A stretch of 60,459 nt of DNA, the filler included, from Hausera hauseri (Eukaryota), in assembly GCA_046269625.1 (NCBI GenBank). It is 11 parts of 11 records of this genome, joined end to end, with 100 filler letters (N's around TTAATTAATTAA, not from the genome) between each part and the next. Parts side by side here need not be neighbours in the genome. Positions count along the whole stretch, not along the records: positions 9,081 to 16,787 come from JBJURY010907755.1; positions 16,888 to 20,835 come from JBJURY010866407.1; positions 20,936 to 25,197 come from JBJURY010670551.1; positions 25,298 to 30,451 come from JBJURY010320494.1; 7 more parts are not named here. One strand, written 5' to 3'. This document shows positions 12,962 to 25,326 of this stretch, in pieces. Position 1 is the first letter of the stretch. Every line of letters begins with the position of its first letter. Below the pieces are notes generated by a model that did not search any database, was not told the origin of the DNA, and was given only the letters and a program-made list of their open reading frames with translations. Made by a program: the position numbers and the translations under genes.

Positions 12962-15900
12962 GACTGGTATCTGGACCGTTTGTCTGCAACAGTGGCGTCT
13001 TTGTCCGGGTGCTGGAATCCGCTGCTCAGTGAAGGAGGTTCTTCATGTTGTGCACCAGCCTGGTCCTCTGATCCACGTTTGCAGAGAGCTAATACCTCTG
13101 TAGCTACATCTTCCACATAGCCTGCCAAAGAACAAAAGAAAAGAAAAAATATATATGTACATAATGAGGAACATATGTCATTGTGTTGAAAACTATCAGT
13201 ATTATTTCAACAGTTTTTGAAAGAAAATTTCAAAAAAAAAAAAATTTTTTTTTCATCCTTATGTTGTTACAATAAAAAGTTTGGATAAAAGCTAAATAAT
13301 TGAAGTTATTATGGCATTTATGTGATTTGTGAGGTCTTACAGTAAAACTCACCAAAGGTAGGATCCTGTAAGAGCTTCCTGATGACATAGCCTCCTTTTA
13401 TCCCACTTTGGAAAGGACAAACCAAATCTGGGTTTTCCAGCCATTGTCGTTTTTTGTGTCCTTTCTGCATTTTCGTTAAAATGCAAAACAGCCACCAATG
13501 TTCTGTAAAAATACAGATTTGTTAGATTATGCATGTTTTGATTTTAAGGATTATCTGTCCATTTCTTAGAAGCTAAATTTGATATATATTTTTACTTATT
13601 ACCTGCAAAGTTGACCTCTGTAGGAGAATGAGTAGGTCTTAGGAGCAAAGTGATTAAGCAGACTGTGAAAGGCTTCAAGTGAATATGTTTGTTCTTGTCC
13701 TGAGAGTTGTTGGATGTCTTTCAAGAGAGATTTTGCTGAAACGAGCTTCTCCAGTCTGACCATCAGTTTCGAATCTGAAAATACATAATTTTCAAAAAAT
13801 TGTGATGGAAACATTTGGGAGTGAGTTGACATAAACATTTACATGAAATTAATATAGAGAATTTACTTGGTTTTAGCCATTTTATTCTTGCTGCTCGGCC
13901 TGTAAGCCTTGGATGCAAACAGCGGGGGAAGACCTCATCATTGTGATGGTGAATGTTGACAATGTGGTTGAGCAGAGATAACCATTTTGCCACAATAACA
14001 TGAGGGTGGTCAGGAGGGGTTGACATCACGGACTAGTATAGATGATTTACTATGCTGTTGACCCAGTCTGACACAGGATTACAGTCCTTCTCCTTTGACA
14101 AACGCCACAGCTTCTACTTCAGGGCTAAAATAAAAGAAGAAATTCAATTTAATGTTGTGGTAATTTCTCAAAAGTTATTTTAAACACTAAAAAAAAAACA
14201 ACAGAAAAAGTAGTAAAGACATTTTAGCTACCCATGGCTATGTGCCAAATATCAAAAAAGTGAGTGATGCATGGCCTCTCCTCCTTTAGCCACTTCCTTA
14301 TCTGAACATGGCGGTCAGTTACCATCCTTCCAATTTCCAAGTCTTGATTCTCCAGAAAGGAAACTGACCGTATTAGTCCTTCTTTCTCCATGTGAGTGGC
14401 TCCGCCAACCTCATTACTCTGTTATAAGACATAACATTAATTTGAAATATATAAAATGTAGAAAATAATACATAAGGAACCTTTTCAAATATGTTTACAA
14501 CAGTCTGATGATACTTATCAATCCTAATTAAGAAAAAGGAATTACACAAAGTCTACATTTTTTACCTGTACCAGCTGTGTATCAATGATGGCATTGACAT
14601 GAACTTCAAGCATGGTATATGAGCCATACTTGGCAGAGTGTCCAGGACTATCAGCACGACCATCCCCAGCCAAAACAAGTGGCCGCTGATCAGCTTGCAA
14701 AGCTGCCAGCAACCAAGTTTGTGTATTATTCCAAACTCTGTGAACTGCTGGGAACAGATAAAGTTGCTGATGCCTGAAAAATGTCCTGAGTGAGATGACT
14801 GCAACATTCATATGTTGGAACATGCGCAGTACTTTACTGGCAATAGCACCACTACAGAGAATTGCTGTTGACAGCATAATGTTTCCTGTTGGTACATCTC
14901 CAGTGTAGGTTTGGCTGTTCCAACTAGTGACTTCATCACAAATGCTGCATCTGAGAAGTACCTGAAGCATTGTGCCCCGTGTACTTCTGGTCATCTGTAA
15001 GTTGTTTTTTTACAGCTGCTGCAAGATATTAGCTGCAGAAGTACTACAAGCTTTGTCCAACAAACCAAGTAGGACAAAGGCTTGTCATCCTCACTATTTG
15101 ATGGAGAGGAATCTGGTGATTCCTCACTCTCCATAGAACTGGCTGAAGGGACGTATTCCTCATCACTTAGTAGAGGCTGGGCTACAGGACTGCTACTTTC
15201 TATGTCTCGTTTGGAGACATATTCCTGTGTATGTGAAATAGAACTAGCAGAGAGGTCAGTTTGTGTGCTCTCATCTTGTTGGGACACCTTAGTCTGATTA
15301 CCTGCAAAAAAACAATATTAATAGTTTCAAAGTTTTCAATTTTATTGGCAAATAATACAAAACTTCCCAATCACGGTCATGAGCACTGTACAAGTACTGG
15401 TACTAATTACGGGTGCACCGATTGAAGTTCTGTGACTGATCACCAATTGAACTTGCCCATTCCAATTTTAAACAATACAGACTTTTTTTATTTTAGAAAA
15501 AATATTATATAAATATAATTTTGAAATAATTGTGGTGAGTGTCACGTTTGCTTGCTCTCAGTAAGTAAAACAAAGCCACAGTCGTTATTTCATCTGCCAT
15601 TAAATACAGAACAACAGAGGGAAACAACGAGGCTCTTCCAGATGTGCATCAACATTCAAACTTAATGCATCTGACCTGAAAGAGGACAAGCATCCAACTT
15701 GACGTGCTAGGCACATTTTGAAGCTCAAAACACATTTCGTCTGAACGTAGCATCAGGTCTCATGTAAACTGTTCTACCCTACCTCTGCACCACAGCCAGT
15801 AACTTGTTAACTGTGCCTGTGCAGACATTAGTCAGCGGACTCTAGGGACAAAAAAAGGGTTAAGTGGCTCATTTTAAGATCTTTGTAGAGATATATGATT

Positions 15901-16361
15901 ATTGTATAAGGCAGGTGTCACATTTAAGTATTGGTGGATCGATGAGGTATGGAACTCAGTGATCAAATGATTGGTACATCCCTAGTTCATATTATTAAAA
16001 ATATCAATAAAAAATATGTATTTTTCTGTTTGCAGTAATATAATAAAAGCTCAGATATACCTTTGTTTTTTGTGTCCTTTCTTAATCGAACTTGTACCCG
16101 AACAGTTCTTCTGCTAGGGCATGTTTGTGTGCTTTGAGTATTCTATAAATTCAGAAATAAAAATTTACACTTCACCATCATGTTGTTTATGTATTTTTAA
16201 AATTGTTACAATTTTTTTAAGTGAGATTATTTTTGGGTCTTTACCTTCACCAGCTGCAGCATTGGAGGTGGAAAAGTGTCACTTGCACATGAGCCAGCAT
16301 CAGGTTCTTCTTCTGTGGTGATGGTGGCTTCTGGCTTTCTTGACAGAATTTCTGCAAGTCC
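12949..16361 (-). pseudogene. Kolobok DDE transposase, multi-exon, 5'-truncated, with about 2 frameshifts
   Basis: Motifs LAGDGRADSPGHSAKYGSYT, SNEVGGATHMEKEGL, VTDRH, FFDIWH, WLSLLNHIVNIH, TYSLEAFHSLLNHFAPK, AVLHFNEN, and C-terminal PPSLSSGFQHPDK. Frameshifts lie at ~15005 (A/T run) and ~13400. Confidence 0.88.
15408..15984. mobile_element. hAT-like (Ac-type TIR) non-autonomous element in a transposase intron
   Basis: Left end TACGGGTGCACCGAT; right end reverse complement TAGGGATGTACCAAT. The 8-bp flanks GTACTAAT and GTTCATAT match at 5/8 positions. Confidence 0.6.
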
Positions 16362-19300
16362 CTACAGAGAGAGAGAGAGTGCCACATTTTACACTGAAAT
16401 CATTAACAATACTTTCAAACATATTTCACCCACACATAAATGTGTATATATACATAAAGAAGAGTAAATTAATCAATTTGGGTTGGGTAGAGCACCCAAA
16501 GTACTCTTAAAATAGTTTTTACTAAAGAAAAATTAAAATTACCATCCAAAAACTAAATACACAGTAAAATACAAGATTTAAAACCGCTTAGCAACAACAG
16601 GGTAAATAATACTACGATCTGATTTTCACTATCTACATGATGTAATCAAATAAAAAAAACTATGTAAAGCTATGTAAAAATGATTTTTATGAAGAAATAT
16701 GAAAATAATTAAATTCCATTAAATTATGTAATGATGAAATCATAAAATTAGCTAGAAGAGAATATTTTATTAATCTAATTTAGAAATNNNNNNNNNNNNN
16801 NNNNNNNNNNNNNNNNNNNNNNNNNNNNNNNTTAATTAATTAANNNNNNNNNNNNNNNNNNNNNNNNNNNNNNNNNNNNNNNNNNNNTAAAGAAAGTAAT
16901 TCTAATATGGATAGAGGGAAATCACTATAACGTGTCAAATGATATAAAAGAGAAATATAAAAGTTTTATTTTGGTTGGTATATGATTTTCGGTCACGGAC
17001 TTCAGAGAGCTGGGAATCAGGTTCTTCGTTATTTCTCTTAGCAAACTGCAAGTGTCCTTCAATGATTCTCGATTACTTGATATCGTGTGCAGTGTTTACT
17101 ACTCATGAACGGTAGCCCAGTAAACTGGTGCACCGGATCCAACTCGTTCAACGTAGTTTTTTTTTCTCAGAATTTCGTGGATGCTTCAGACTGGATTGAA
17201 GGCCAATTCTCGATTTTATGCTTTTGCTTTGAGTTCTTGCTTCTTTAGCTACATTTTGTTTAACGATTTCGTCTCTAATCAGCGTTGTTCCGACATTCAT
17301 CGGATAATGATCACCAATATGAACTGGATTGTTCATTAGAATGGGCTGTTAACTTGCTTGTCTTCAATATTTAGAATTTTAAAAATATCTTCAATTACAC
17401 CTTTTATTTCATCGACACGCACAATTGTATCGGTATTTTCAATCAAAGTATCGTTCGCAGCACGAGACCACAACAGGAAATTATTCCGTTCCATAACTTA
17501 TTGAATACTGTAACATTCAAAGTCTGTTGCCTTTGTAGATTTGCTGCAATTTTCGGATTTCATCATTTATATAAGGCGTCATGTATCCAGTGGAGTATTA
17601 ATATTTGTTTTAACAAATAACATTTTGGATTTTGGATATTTATTAGGAGGAAATAGAAATTCTGGAGATGGAAGTTCAATAGATGAGGAAAGTCTTCTTA
17701 GGATGATAATTCTTTGCTGGTTGTTGTTCAACTTCATTATAATTACTACGAACGTCAATTATGAGAATTTGGTTTCTTTCTAGGCTCTGGTTTGTAATTC
17801 GCCATTGGGTTCGCGTTATGTCTCATTTCCGTTTAATAACCGATTATCGGTTTATTTCGTTCGTCGTGGCAATCAGCGGATCGGATTTGTACTAATCATG
17901 TTATGAGTTGTGAGTAGTAGTAGTAGCACTCAATTATGAGCTCGTGGTAATTTATGCGTTCGGTTTTAAACGTCGTTGTCGTCGTCGTACAAAATAAAAT
18001 TCACCATTTTTACGAAACGAACGCATTTACAACGATAATGACGATGATGATGATTTTGACTTTTTTGACAAAGCGTTTTTTGTTTGCGTTTTTTACCCTT
18101 TTCCGTTGGTTTGATCGTGAGGCGGTTATATTATGAAAATTTTCCCAACTTGTGGGCAATGTATGAGTCCCATTTCCATCACCCGCAGACTTGAACATTG
18201 GGAAATTTTATACGACAAAAATTTTCCCAACCAGTTTTCCCCTTGTTCCCTTGATCGGACGACGACAAAATCGTGTCCATTGGGCTTACTAACATCAATT
18301 TTACCTCTGTAAAAAATTTTGGTATACCAGCAACATGTGTTGCATTGCCCGTTTTTCTTCTTCCGTTTCCTGTGCCGCCGGTTGCATTTTTCGGCTTCGC
18401 GACACTGTTGACTTTTGATTGCCTTGTCCGGCTTGACCGATTGGTCTCGGTCCAAAGTCCATTGCCCGACTTTCTTCTGTCCTTGGGAGTGGTCTCCGAC
18501 CACCTGACATGAAATGCTCAGAATTGGGAGATGGGTAGGGGAAACTGGTTTTCAGGTCGATCTAAGCATTTTTTGTGACGTGGTTAGGAGCGGGCACTGA
18601 AACCTACTCTGATTCGTTGTACATTTTTTCTTCCACCGACACATTCGAGGTAGATGCATCAATTAATTCCTCTTCATTTAAACATTCTTCCTGAAGTAAT
18701 TCTTTTACGTCTTCATGACTTAAATCTGCAAATTCTTTGTGGTGCCCACCGTGAACCGTGCCCTTCGGCCGATTTTAGCTGGACACCATCAGACGTCCTT
18801 TTCCGCCAAACCGGACCCATAGTCGGACCCGAATGCCTTTTCGAGGAGTTTCACCGAGACCCACCGTTCAAGATCTCAATCTTTCTATATTTTAGTTGAT
18901 TCTGCAGCATTTCAATTCAAAAAGCAAATTTAAATCAAAGCAGACAAAATTCTATACCAATGCTCAAAATACATCTCCTCACGCGTCAGTCTCAGCAGCG
19001 TCAACTTAGTTTACTAATTGCAGCGCAGGTGGCAGCTAGCCTTTTTCATATTTCGTTGACGAGTGCAATAAAAATAATCTGGACCCAATATTCAGACTTC
19101 CGAAAAAGTTGAAACTTTGCAGATTATTAGATACACCATTTCCGTTCGACAACGACTTGCGGAAATTAACAAAATTTCGTTCATTAACCAAATCTTTGAA
19201 ATATTTTCCAACAAAACAAACTCTACCGAAATTCTACTCGATCTTTGGAAAGCTCAAAATGTATCTCGGCAAATCATTAACAATTTAATAAAATTATTCC

Positions 19301-19864
19301 GAAAAATCGGTTGACTAGACTGACTGTCCTTGAGGTAGACCTGATACAAAACAACGTTTGATTTATATTACTAATGTTCGTTTTATCAGCCATTCAAATC
19401 TCAAATAACTTTGTAGTCATATCAACAATCTTTTGCAGTTGTGAAGTATTGCCACTATACAAATTATTGCATTTTATCACCGTTTATTCCCCTTGTGTCA
19501 CTGAGTTGTTTTTGCAGCACGGAAACTGTATTCACCCTATTTTGTACAGTTGACAGCGCACTTGGCATCCCGACCAATGAAAGGGATATATCTCATTATG
19601 CTATATAAAATGAAAATTAATAGATATTGATCTGTGGAATTCCTATTGTTTAAATAGGAAAATTAATTGTAAATTTACCAAATTTCATTGGGTCTCTGTA
19701 AATATGCTGAAATTTTATCATTTTGGAGAAAAATATATATACTTTGGATTTATTTTATTTCTGGAAGATTAAATTTTATTACAATATAATTAATGCTAAT
19801 TTGGTGCCGACGACGTTCGATGGAGATAATCTGACGCACCCACAAACGCTGGCCATTATTTTGA

Positions 19865-20835
19865 AGTAGTGGGAGACTCTATGTTCGCCATCACAACCTC
19901 CCGGGGGTAATCGATAATTCCATATTGCACGTACTAATCGATAGTGCACCCTGTGCACTATCGATCGGCACATGTGCATAGTAGCAGTGTCTTTAGATAC
20001 TGTTGCCATGGCACTCTTGCATATTTCACATATCGATCGCTGCACAGTGCAGTGTTGATCGAATCGATCGGAGTAAAGTGCTAATCGATAATGCACTTTA
20101 GTGCACATCAACTGGTGCGCAGTACAGTGCACTCGCACGTGCAAATGGGTGCAAATCAATAATATCGGTTTTCCAATAATTCCAATACTGATGGTTAGCA
20201 CACTGCACCGGGTGCAATCGATTTAAAAACGGTGCACTATACAAGTGTTAAATTACAATTTAAATCGATCGAGTGGTTCTCGAATAATAACTGTTCGAAG
20301 ATGTAAGTGAGGGCAAACATACATAGGATTTTAGGCCCTAAGGAAGCAAAATTCGATATTACATTGAGCAGGGACAGATAGGAAACTGAGTATGGAGATT
20401 TGGAATATGAAGTCGAATAATCGAAATTCGAAATATCCCCCATATCGAACTAAGCACTATTCGAAAAATCTCATGACATCATTCGACTCCTCATGTACCA
20501 CAACCCTAGAACCACTTAAAATATTTCATGAAAATGTACTATATAGATATAAAATCAATAATTCGAATTACGAAATATGAGTATTCTAAGTTCAGTAGAG
20601 AATAAATCGATAAATCTTTAAGCGCACACAAGTAGGCATCTATACATGGCGAATCCAAATCCGGAGTAAGATTTTCGAATACATTATTTAAAATCGATAA
20701 CTTCGATATTCTAACTCGAAAAGTCGGTCCGGCGTACGTTATTCGAAAAATCTGATGACGTCCTTCGATTACCCATATGTGAAATCTTCTAAACAAATCG
20801 AAATTGGCGCGGTACAATGCACCGCTGTGTATTAA
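19865..20835 (+). mobile_element. Polinton/Maverick terminus (TIR and subterminal region)
   Basis: Starts AGTAGTGGGAGAC, a Polinton-type AGT-repeat end. It is collinear with 46622-47460, which lies upstream of a pPolB gene. Confidence 0.7.
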
Positions 20836-21299
20836 NNNNNNNNNNNNNNNNNNNNNNNNNNNNNNNNNNNNNNNNNNNNTTAATTAATTAANNNNNNNNN
20901 NNNNNNNNNNNNNNNNNNNNNNNNNNNNNNNNNNNGGACACTGACAACAGTCATTTCTTAGAACCGACAATGACAACTCCACATGTCCCAGGGTTGGAAG
21001 ATCCGGCAGGGCCATGTCTGTTCCTAACTAAGAGCACCCAATGCACTCAACTGCTTCATCTACACACTTATAAGGACGATTCAGTGGTCTTTGGTAGAAC
21101 TTGCATAGATATAAAAGCCAGTTAATTGGACTTTGTAGAATTTTGCATACATATGAACTGGCCTTTGATGGGACATGCACTGATTTAAAAGCCAGATGAT
21201 CTGTGTTAGAACATGCATCGATATGAAGCTGCTTGGCTTAAAATGACCGAGGATTCCGTGGAAAATCTAAATTAAACATTCACTGCTACCCAGTAAAAT

Positions 21300-21360
21300 G
21301 TCAGTGGTCTAGTGGTGCAGTCAGTTTTATAATGTCATGTAATGTATTCGATCTTCAGGT
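21300..21360 (+). repeat. Degenerate tRNA-derived SINE head or tRNA pseudogene
   Basis: A box TGGTCTAGTGG (21305-21315) and B-box-like TATTCGATCT ~30 bp downstream. No good cloverleaf. Confidence 0.35.
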
Positions 21361-22873
21361 GATTTGCCCATTTTCTGCATTGCAATAAATGCTATTTGAA
21401 ATTTTGGATATTAAAAGAAAATGTTAGCAGGCAACATATTGATTTTCCACAATTGTCTTAACATAACATTGAGAGTGTTAAGTTGCCAATTTCCGGGGAC
21501 ATTTATGGGGCAAGCATACGAATACACGGTGGCACAACCCTCATTTAACTTTCTACCTCGCATTTTTTTGTTGTAAAGTTTGAATTAAATTATAGAGAAA
21601 AATGATTTATTTAGTAATTATCGTCAAACCTGATGTATTCCTGACATACAACGAAATTCTACACGGCTCCCGGCCTAGCGTACTGATACAACAATACAAC
21701 AATACCATATACGTAATTTTGTTTTCTACTACAAAATCTAATGAGATAGCCTACCTTCCATGACAGCCAAATTGCATTCGATGGTTTCAATTTACGAAAA
21801 CAACTGGTTGTACTCTCCAATTTAGTTTTAGCAGTCGGGAATAAACAAATAACAAAAACAGCGAGGACATGAGGTCCGATCCCATGATTGTCCCCGAAAA
21901 TCTGGGACGAATGGTCACTTTACCTTAATTGGTCTTCAGTACGACATGCATTGATATGGAAGCAAATGACTGGCATCTGATACGGGAAGCATTGCACTAG
22001 AACAATCAGAGGAATAGAACACTCAGAAGAGATCGAAACAACAGGAAAATATCTGTTCACCAGAATATACCCCCTTCGGACAAATGTGTCGGTCCCCACT
22101 TCTTGACATGGAGTTGGGGGAGGGTGGGGGAGTCGGGCGCAAATTGGTCATGACTCCTACCTAGGTGTAAGTCAGCCCCCCTGCATGAAAGTCAGTAACT
22201 GGCAAGAAAAAAATATCGACATGAAAGCCAGTAAACTTGGATTAAACTGATATTTGAGAGGTGGTGGTAGGCTGTGGTAGAGATCTCCATGTAGCTGCGA
22301 GCTAGGAGCTCTTGGCACTTATGCCGCATAGAAGAATTTGTACGTTCATATTTGTGACGTAAAGTGTTATTGTCTCTGCTTCTGTGTGAGTTATCGGTAA
22401 ACACTGGACATTTCTGTGACCGAACATTTTACGGAAATAATATCTCGAAAATCTAACAGCTGTAATTAAAAAAAATGGTGCATGCGTCTTTTTACTCTTT
22501 TCTACAACCCACTCACAAACTTTTAGATTACCTGTCTATGTTCTACTGTGGCCGTATGGTCAATTCTGCACAGTAGAACCAGACCAGGCATGACCCTCGG
22601 TGCCTTGAGGGTTTCAATGTAATCAACGGAACACTCAGGACCCGTGACTATAAGAGTAATCTCCGGAATCCACTTAACTCCCGCTGAGGGTCTCAAAGGG
22701 CAACATAATCACCCGGGCTCTTAAGTGGGTGTAGGTGAATCTGGGATCCACTTAACCTCAGTTATCAATTAAGGAAAACACTAAGACAATCTTCTTTCTC
22801 ACACAACCTCTCTGCTTCGGCGATTCACTGAATCAACAGACTAACTTAGAAAGATATAATAAATTAAATGTAA

Positions 22874-23145
22874 TCTATATAAAAACTCGTGTGCGAGTAT
22901 GTGGGTGTATGTGCGAGGTAATATCGTCAGGTATTGATCACAGAATAATTTTAACTACTGTCTCTTCAAATACAACAACACAAATCATTATGGAATTAAA
23001 AATCACTAAATTTCTAGCAACAGTAACCGACTCTAAAATATTATCTTATCTACAAAAAATACTTAATTAACTTAATTAATAAAGTAAAGTTATTCAATAA
23101 ATTAGAGATTTGTCGTCCAGGTCAACGCTACTTGACGACAGCCAG
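22874..23145 (+). mobile_element. Non-autonomous Helitron-like element
   Basis: 5' A|TCTATATAAAA followed by a GT-rich tract. 3' hairpin TGTCGTCCAGGT-loop-ACTTGACGACA, then CCAG|T (CTAG variant). Sits in an AT target. Confidence 0.6.
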
Positions 23146-23403
23146 TCTAAAGATAAATAAATAAATAGGATATTACACCTTAGCAAATAATTGTAAGTAA
23201 ACTACCATCCAATACACATTACCTACATACAAGAAGGTAAGTTATAGAACCTCATTGTCTGCAATCCCAAGAGCGTGTAAGATACGTGATTTGTTCTCCC
23301 CATTAATTAATTTAAAATCGAAGCCTCTCCCAACGTAATTAGTGAGGATTGAACATTATTGTTAATTTCTTAATATGATTAAAAGAAACTAAATTAAGAT
23401 ATA

Positions 23404-23860
23404 TCAAAAATAATTTAGACTTATGCTTTTGTTGTTCATAACATGACTGAATTTCCGAATTTCCACATTTATTTTCAAATATGACTCTGTAATTTCATTA
23501 TTTCTATTTAAACATTTTCTACTAATCATTACCTGACGAAAAGTGGACGCTAAACGCCAAGCTCTATTGAAAAAACATTTTAAGAGTGCTATTTTACATT
23601 TATGATCACAAAAACTTTTTGGTGTAGTGTGAAGATCTGCACTTGTTGGTTTATAGTACGTTGAAGTTTGATACGTATCTTCAGTTTTTTGAACCAAGAT
23701 ATTGAGAAATGGTAAGGAATTGTTTCTTCAATTTTAGAAGTTCTAAGTATTTTCTCCATGGTGATTCTCTCTAAACAGAAGAATACCATCCACGTATCTT
23801 TTTTGAAGAAATAGACACCAAAGTTGATGCTAAGGGATAGTTTTTCATCAATCAATTACT
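23404..23860 (-). mobile_element. Penelope-like element RT fragment (motif C to thumb)
   Basis: Frameshifted RYVDG, then SLPFLNILV...TSTYYKPT...SFCDHKCKIALLKCFFNRAWRLAS. Confidence 0.8.
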
Positions 23861-23959
23861 AGTTCATATGGGAATGCATCTGATGGTATCAATGTGTGTT
23901 TATTTGCATCAAGGCATATAGTTTTCATTTGACGTCGTCTACAATTTTAACTTTCCTGT

Positions 23960-24900
23960 TATACCCAAGAAATTAATGTTGTAATTTTATTATCTCACAT
24001 TTCGTTTCATTTAATGCAACTCCGGCATCTGTTAGTCGCCTCAAAACTTCTCGTAGGATTCAGCAGTATTTTTCAACCGAATCCGTTTCTATGACAATTT
24101 TTCTTGAAAAATCATCGGGTACCCTTTAAACCGAATGGTAATCTTTTCAAAGTGAACATTCCAAATGCTGTACCGAAATTTAAGTATTTTCGATTCTTTC
24201 CTCGCAGTTGTACTTGACAGTACCCATTGCTCATATCCAAAGTACTGATTATGCTTGTGTTTGCTTAATAACTTAATATTTCCTCAATTCTTGATAAATT
24301 TCCGTATTGGTGATTTCAGCTTTTAATTCACGCGGCGATAATCGACGCATAATCTTAGTTTTCCGTTTTTTATTGTGAGCTAGTACTATTGGTGCACAGC
24401 AGTCTAGGCTTCTAGTGACCTTTTCAATCATATCCTTTTTGATCAACTCTTGCAATGCAGATTCCTAACTTTCTAAACTTGTATTTGGGATTCTTCGGCA
24501 CGGAATATTGATTATAATTAATTCGATTTGACAAGGTGAGGACTTGATCTCGCTTCGGTGACAAACGTATTATGTAGCATATATTGAATGGCTTTAACTG
24601 TACCATGGTCTAGACTCGTACCTATTTCTCCAATAAATATCAGATCTTCTGTTAGGTTATAACTTATCAAGATTTGTTGGCCCCTTCGATAACGACAAAA
24701 TCCTTTGAAACTGCATGAGAATTTTTGCTTTTTTAATCACTGTAATTGATGGTCACTTTCTGGAGTTCCAAAATATGACTTTGCTCTTTCCATCGCTTCA
24801 CCTCTGCTCTCTGTTATTGCGAAATTCAATCTTCAAATATCCGAATCCATAAGACTTTCTGTAACCCTTTGTCCATTAATCCAAAAATAAACACGTCTAT
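23960..24900 (-). mobile_element. Ty3/gypsy (Mag-like) pol remnant
   Basis: IEKV...CCAPIVLA, then ISTLDMSNGYCQVQL...FGTAFGMFTLKRLPFGLKG (24120-24255). Heavily decayed. Confidence 0.75.
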
Positions 24901-25326
24901 TACTGTTTCTCGATAAATTGATCCTGAAAATTGTATTTCTTGACCACACGCCGAACACGACATTCCCATTCCTGATTCATGATTATCCAAAGATGCAAGA
25001 AACAAGCTTTTTCTAATGTTTCAAATATTCACTGAAAAGCTGGACCGCTTGAAAACATGTATCTTTTGGATCAGACACGCTTTTATATATTACTCTTTCT
25101 TTTCTTTCTGATTTCACTTTTTTGACTTGTCTTAGCCACCAAACATATGACGTTATTTTTTATTGCACCAAAAAACCAATATTTATATAATACATTTNNN
25201 NNNNNNNNNNNNNNNNNNNNNNNNNNNNNNNNNNNNNNNNNTTAATTAATTAANNNNNNNNNNNNNNNNNNNNNNNNNNNNNNNNNNNNNNNNNNNNGTG
25301 ACAGTCTCAAACCCCAATACCTGTAC

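Larger units (their letters stand above)
10994..16787. mobile_element. Kolobok-superfamily DNA transposon of KolobokP type (right end beyond the contig)
   Basis: TTAA at 10990-10993 is followed by AGTGATTGTGACATG (RR terminus). The element holds a convergent transposase and a P2X7-tail-like gene. Confidence 0.85.

Noticed and set aside
16888-19300. Short ORFs, a PBS-like TGGTGCCCACCGTG (~18740) and a CTCF-like GCAGGTGGCAG (~19025)
   Set aside because: There is no recognisable domain, no adjacent LTR and no supporting context. Short motifs like these are expected by chance.
21300-21375. Functional tRNA gene
   Set aside because: It has A/B-box-like motifs only, with no consistent acceptor or anticodon stems.
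22590-22760. Short repeats and hairpins (GGAATCCACTTAAC / GGGATCCACTTAAC) as a Penelope-associated hammerhead ribozyme
   Set aside because: I could not find a CTGANGA...GAAA core with proper stems on either strand.
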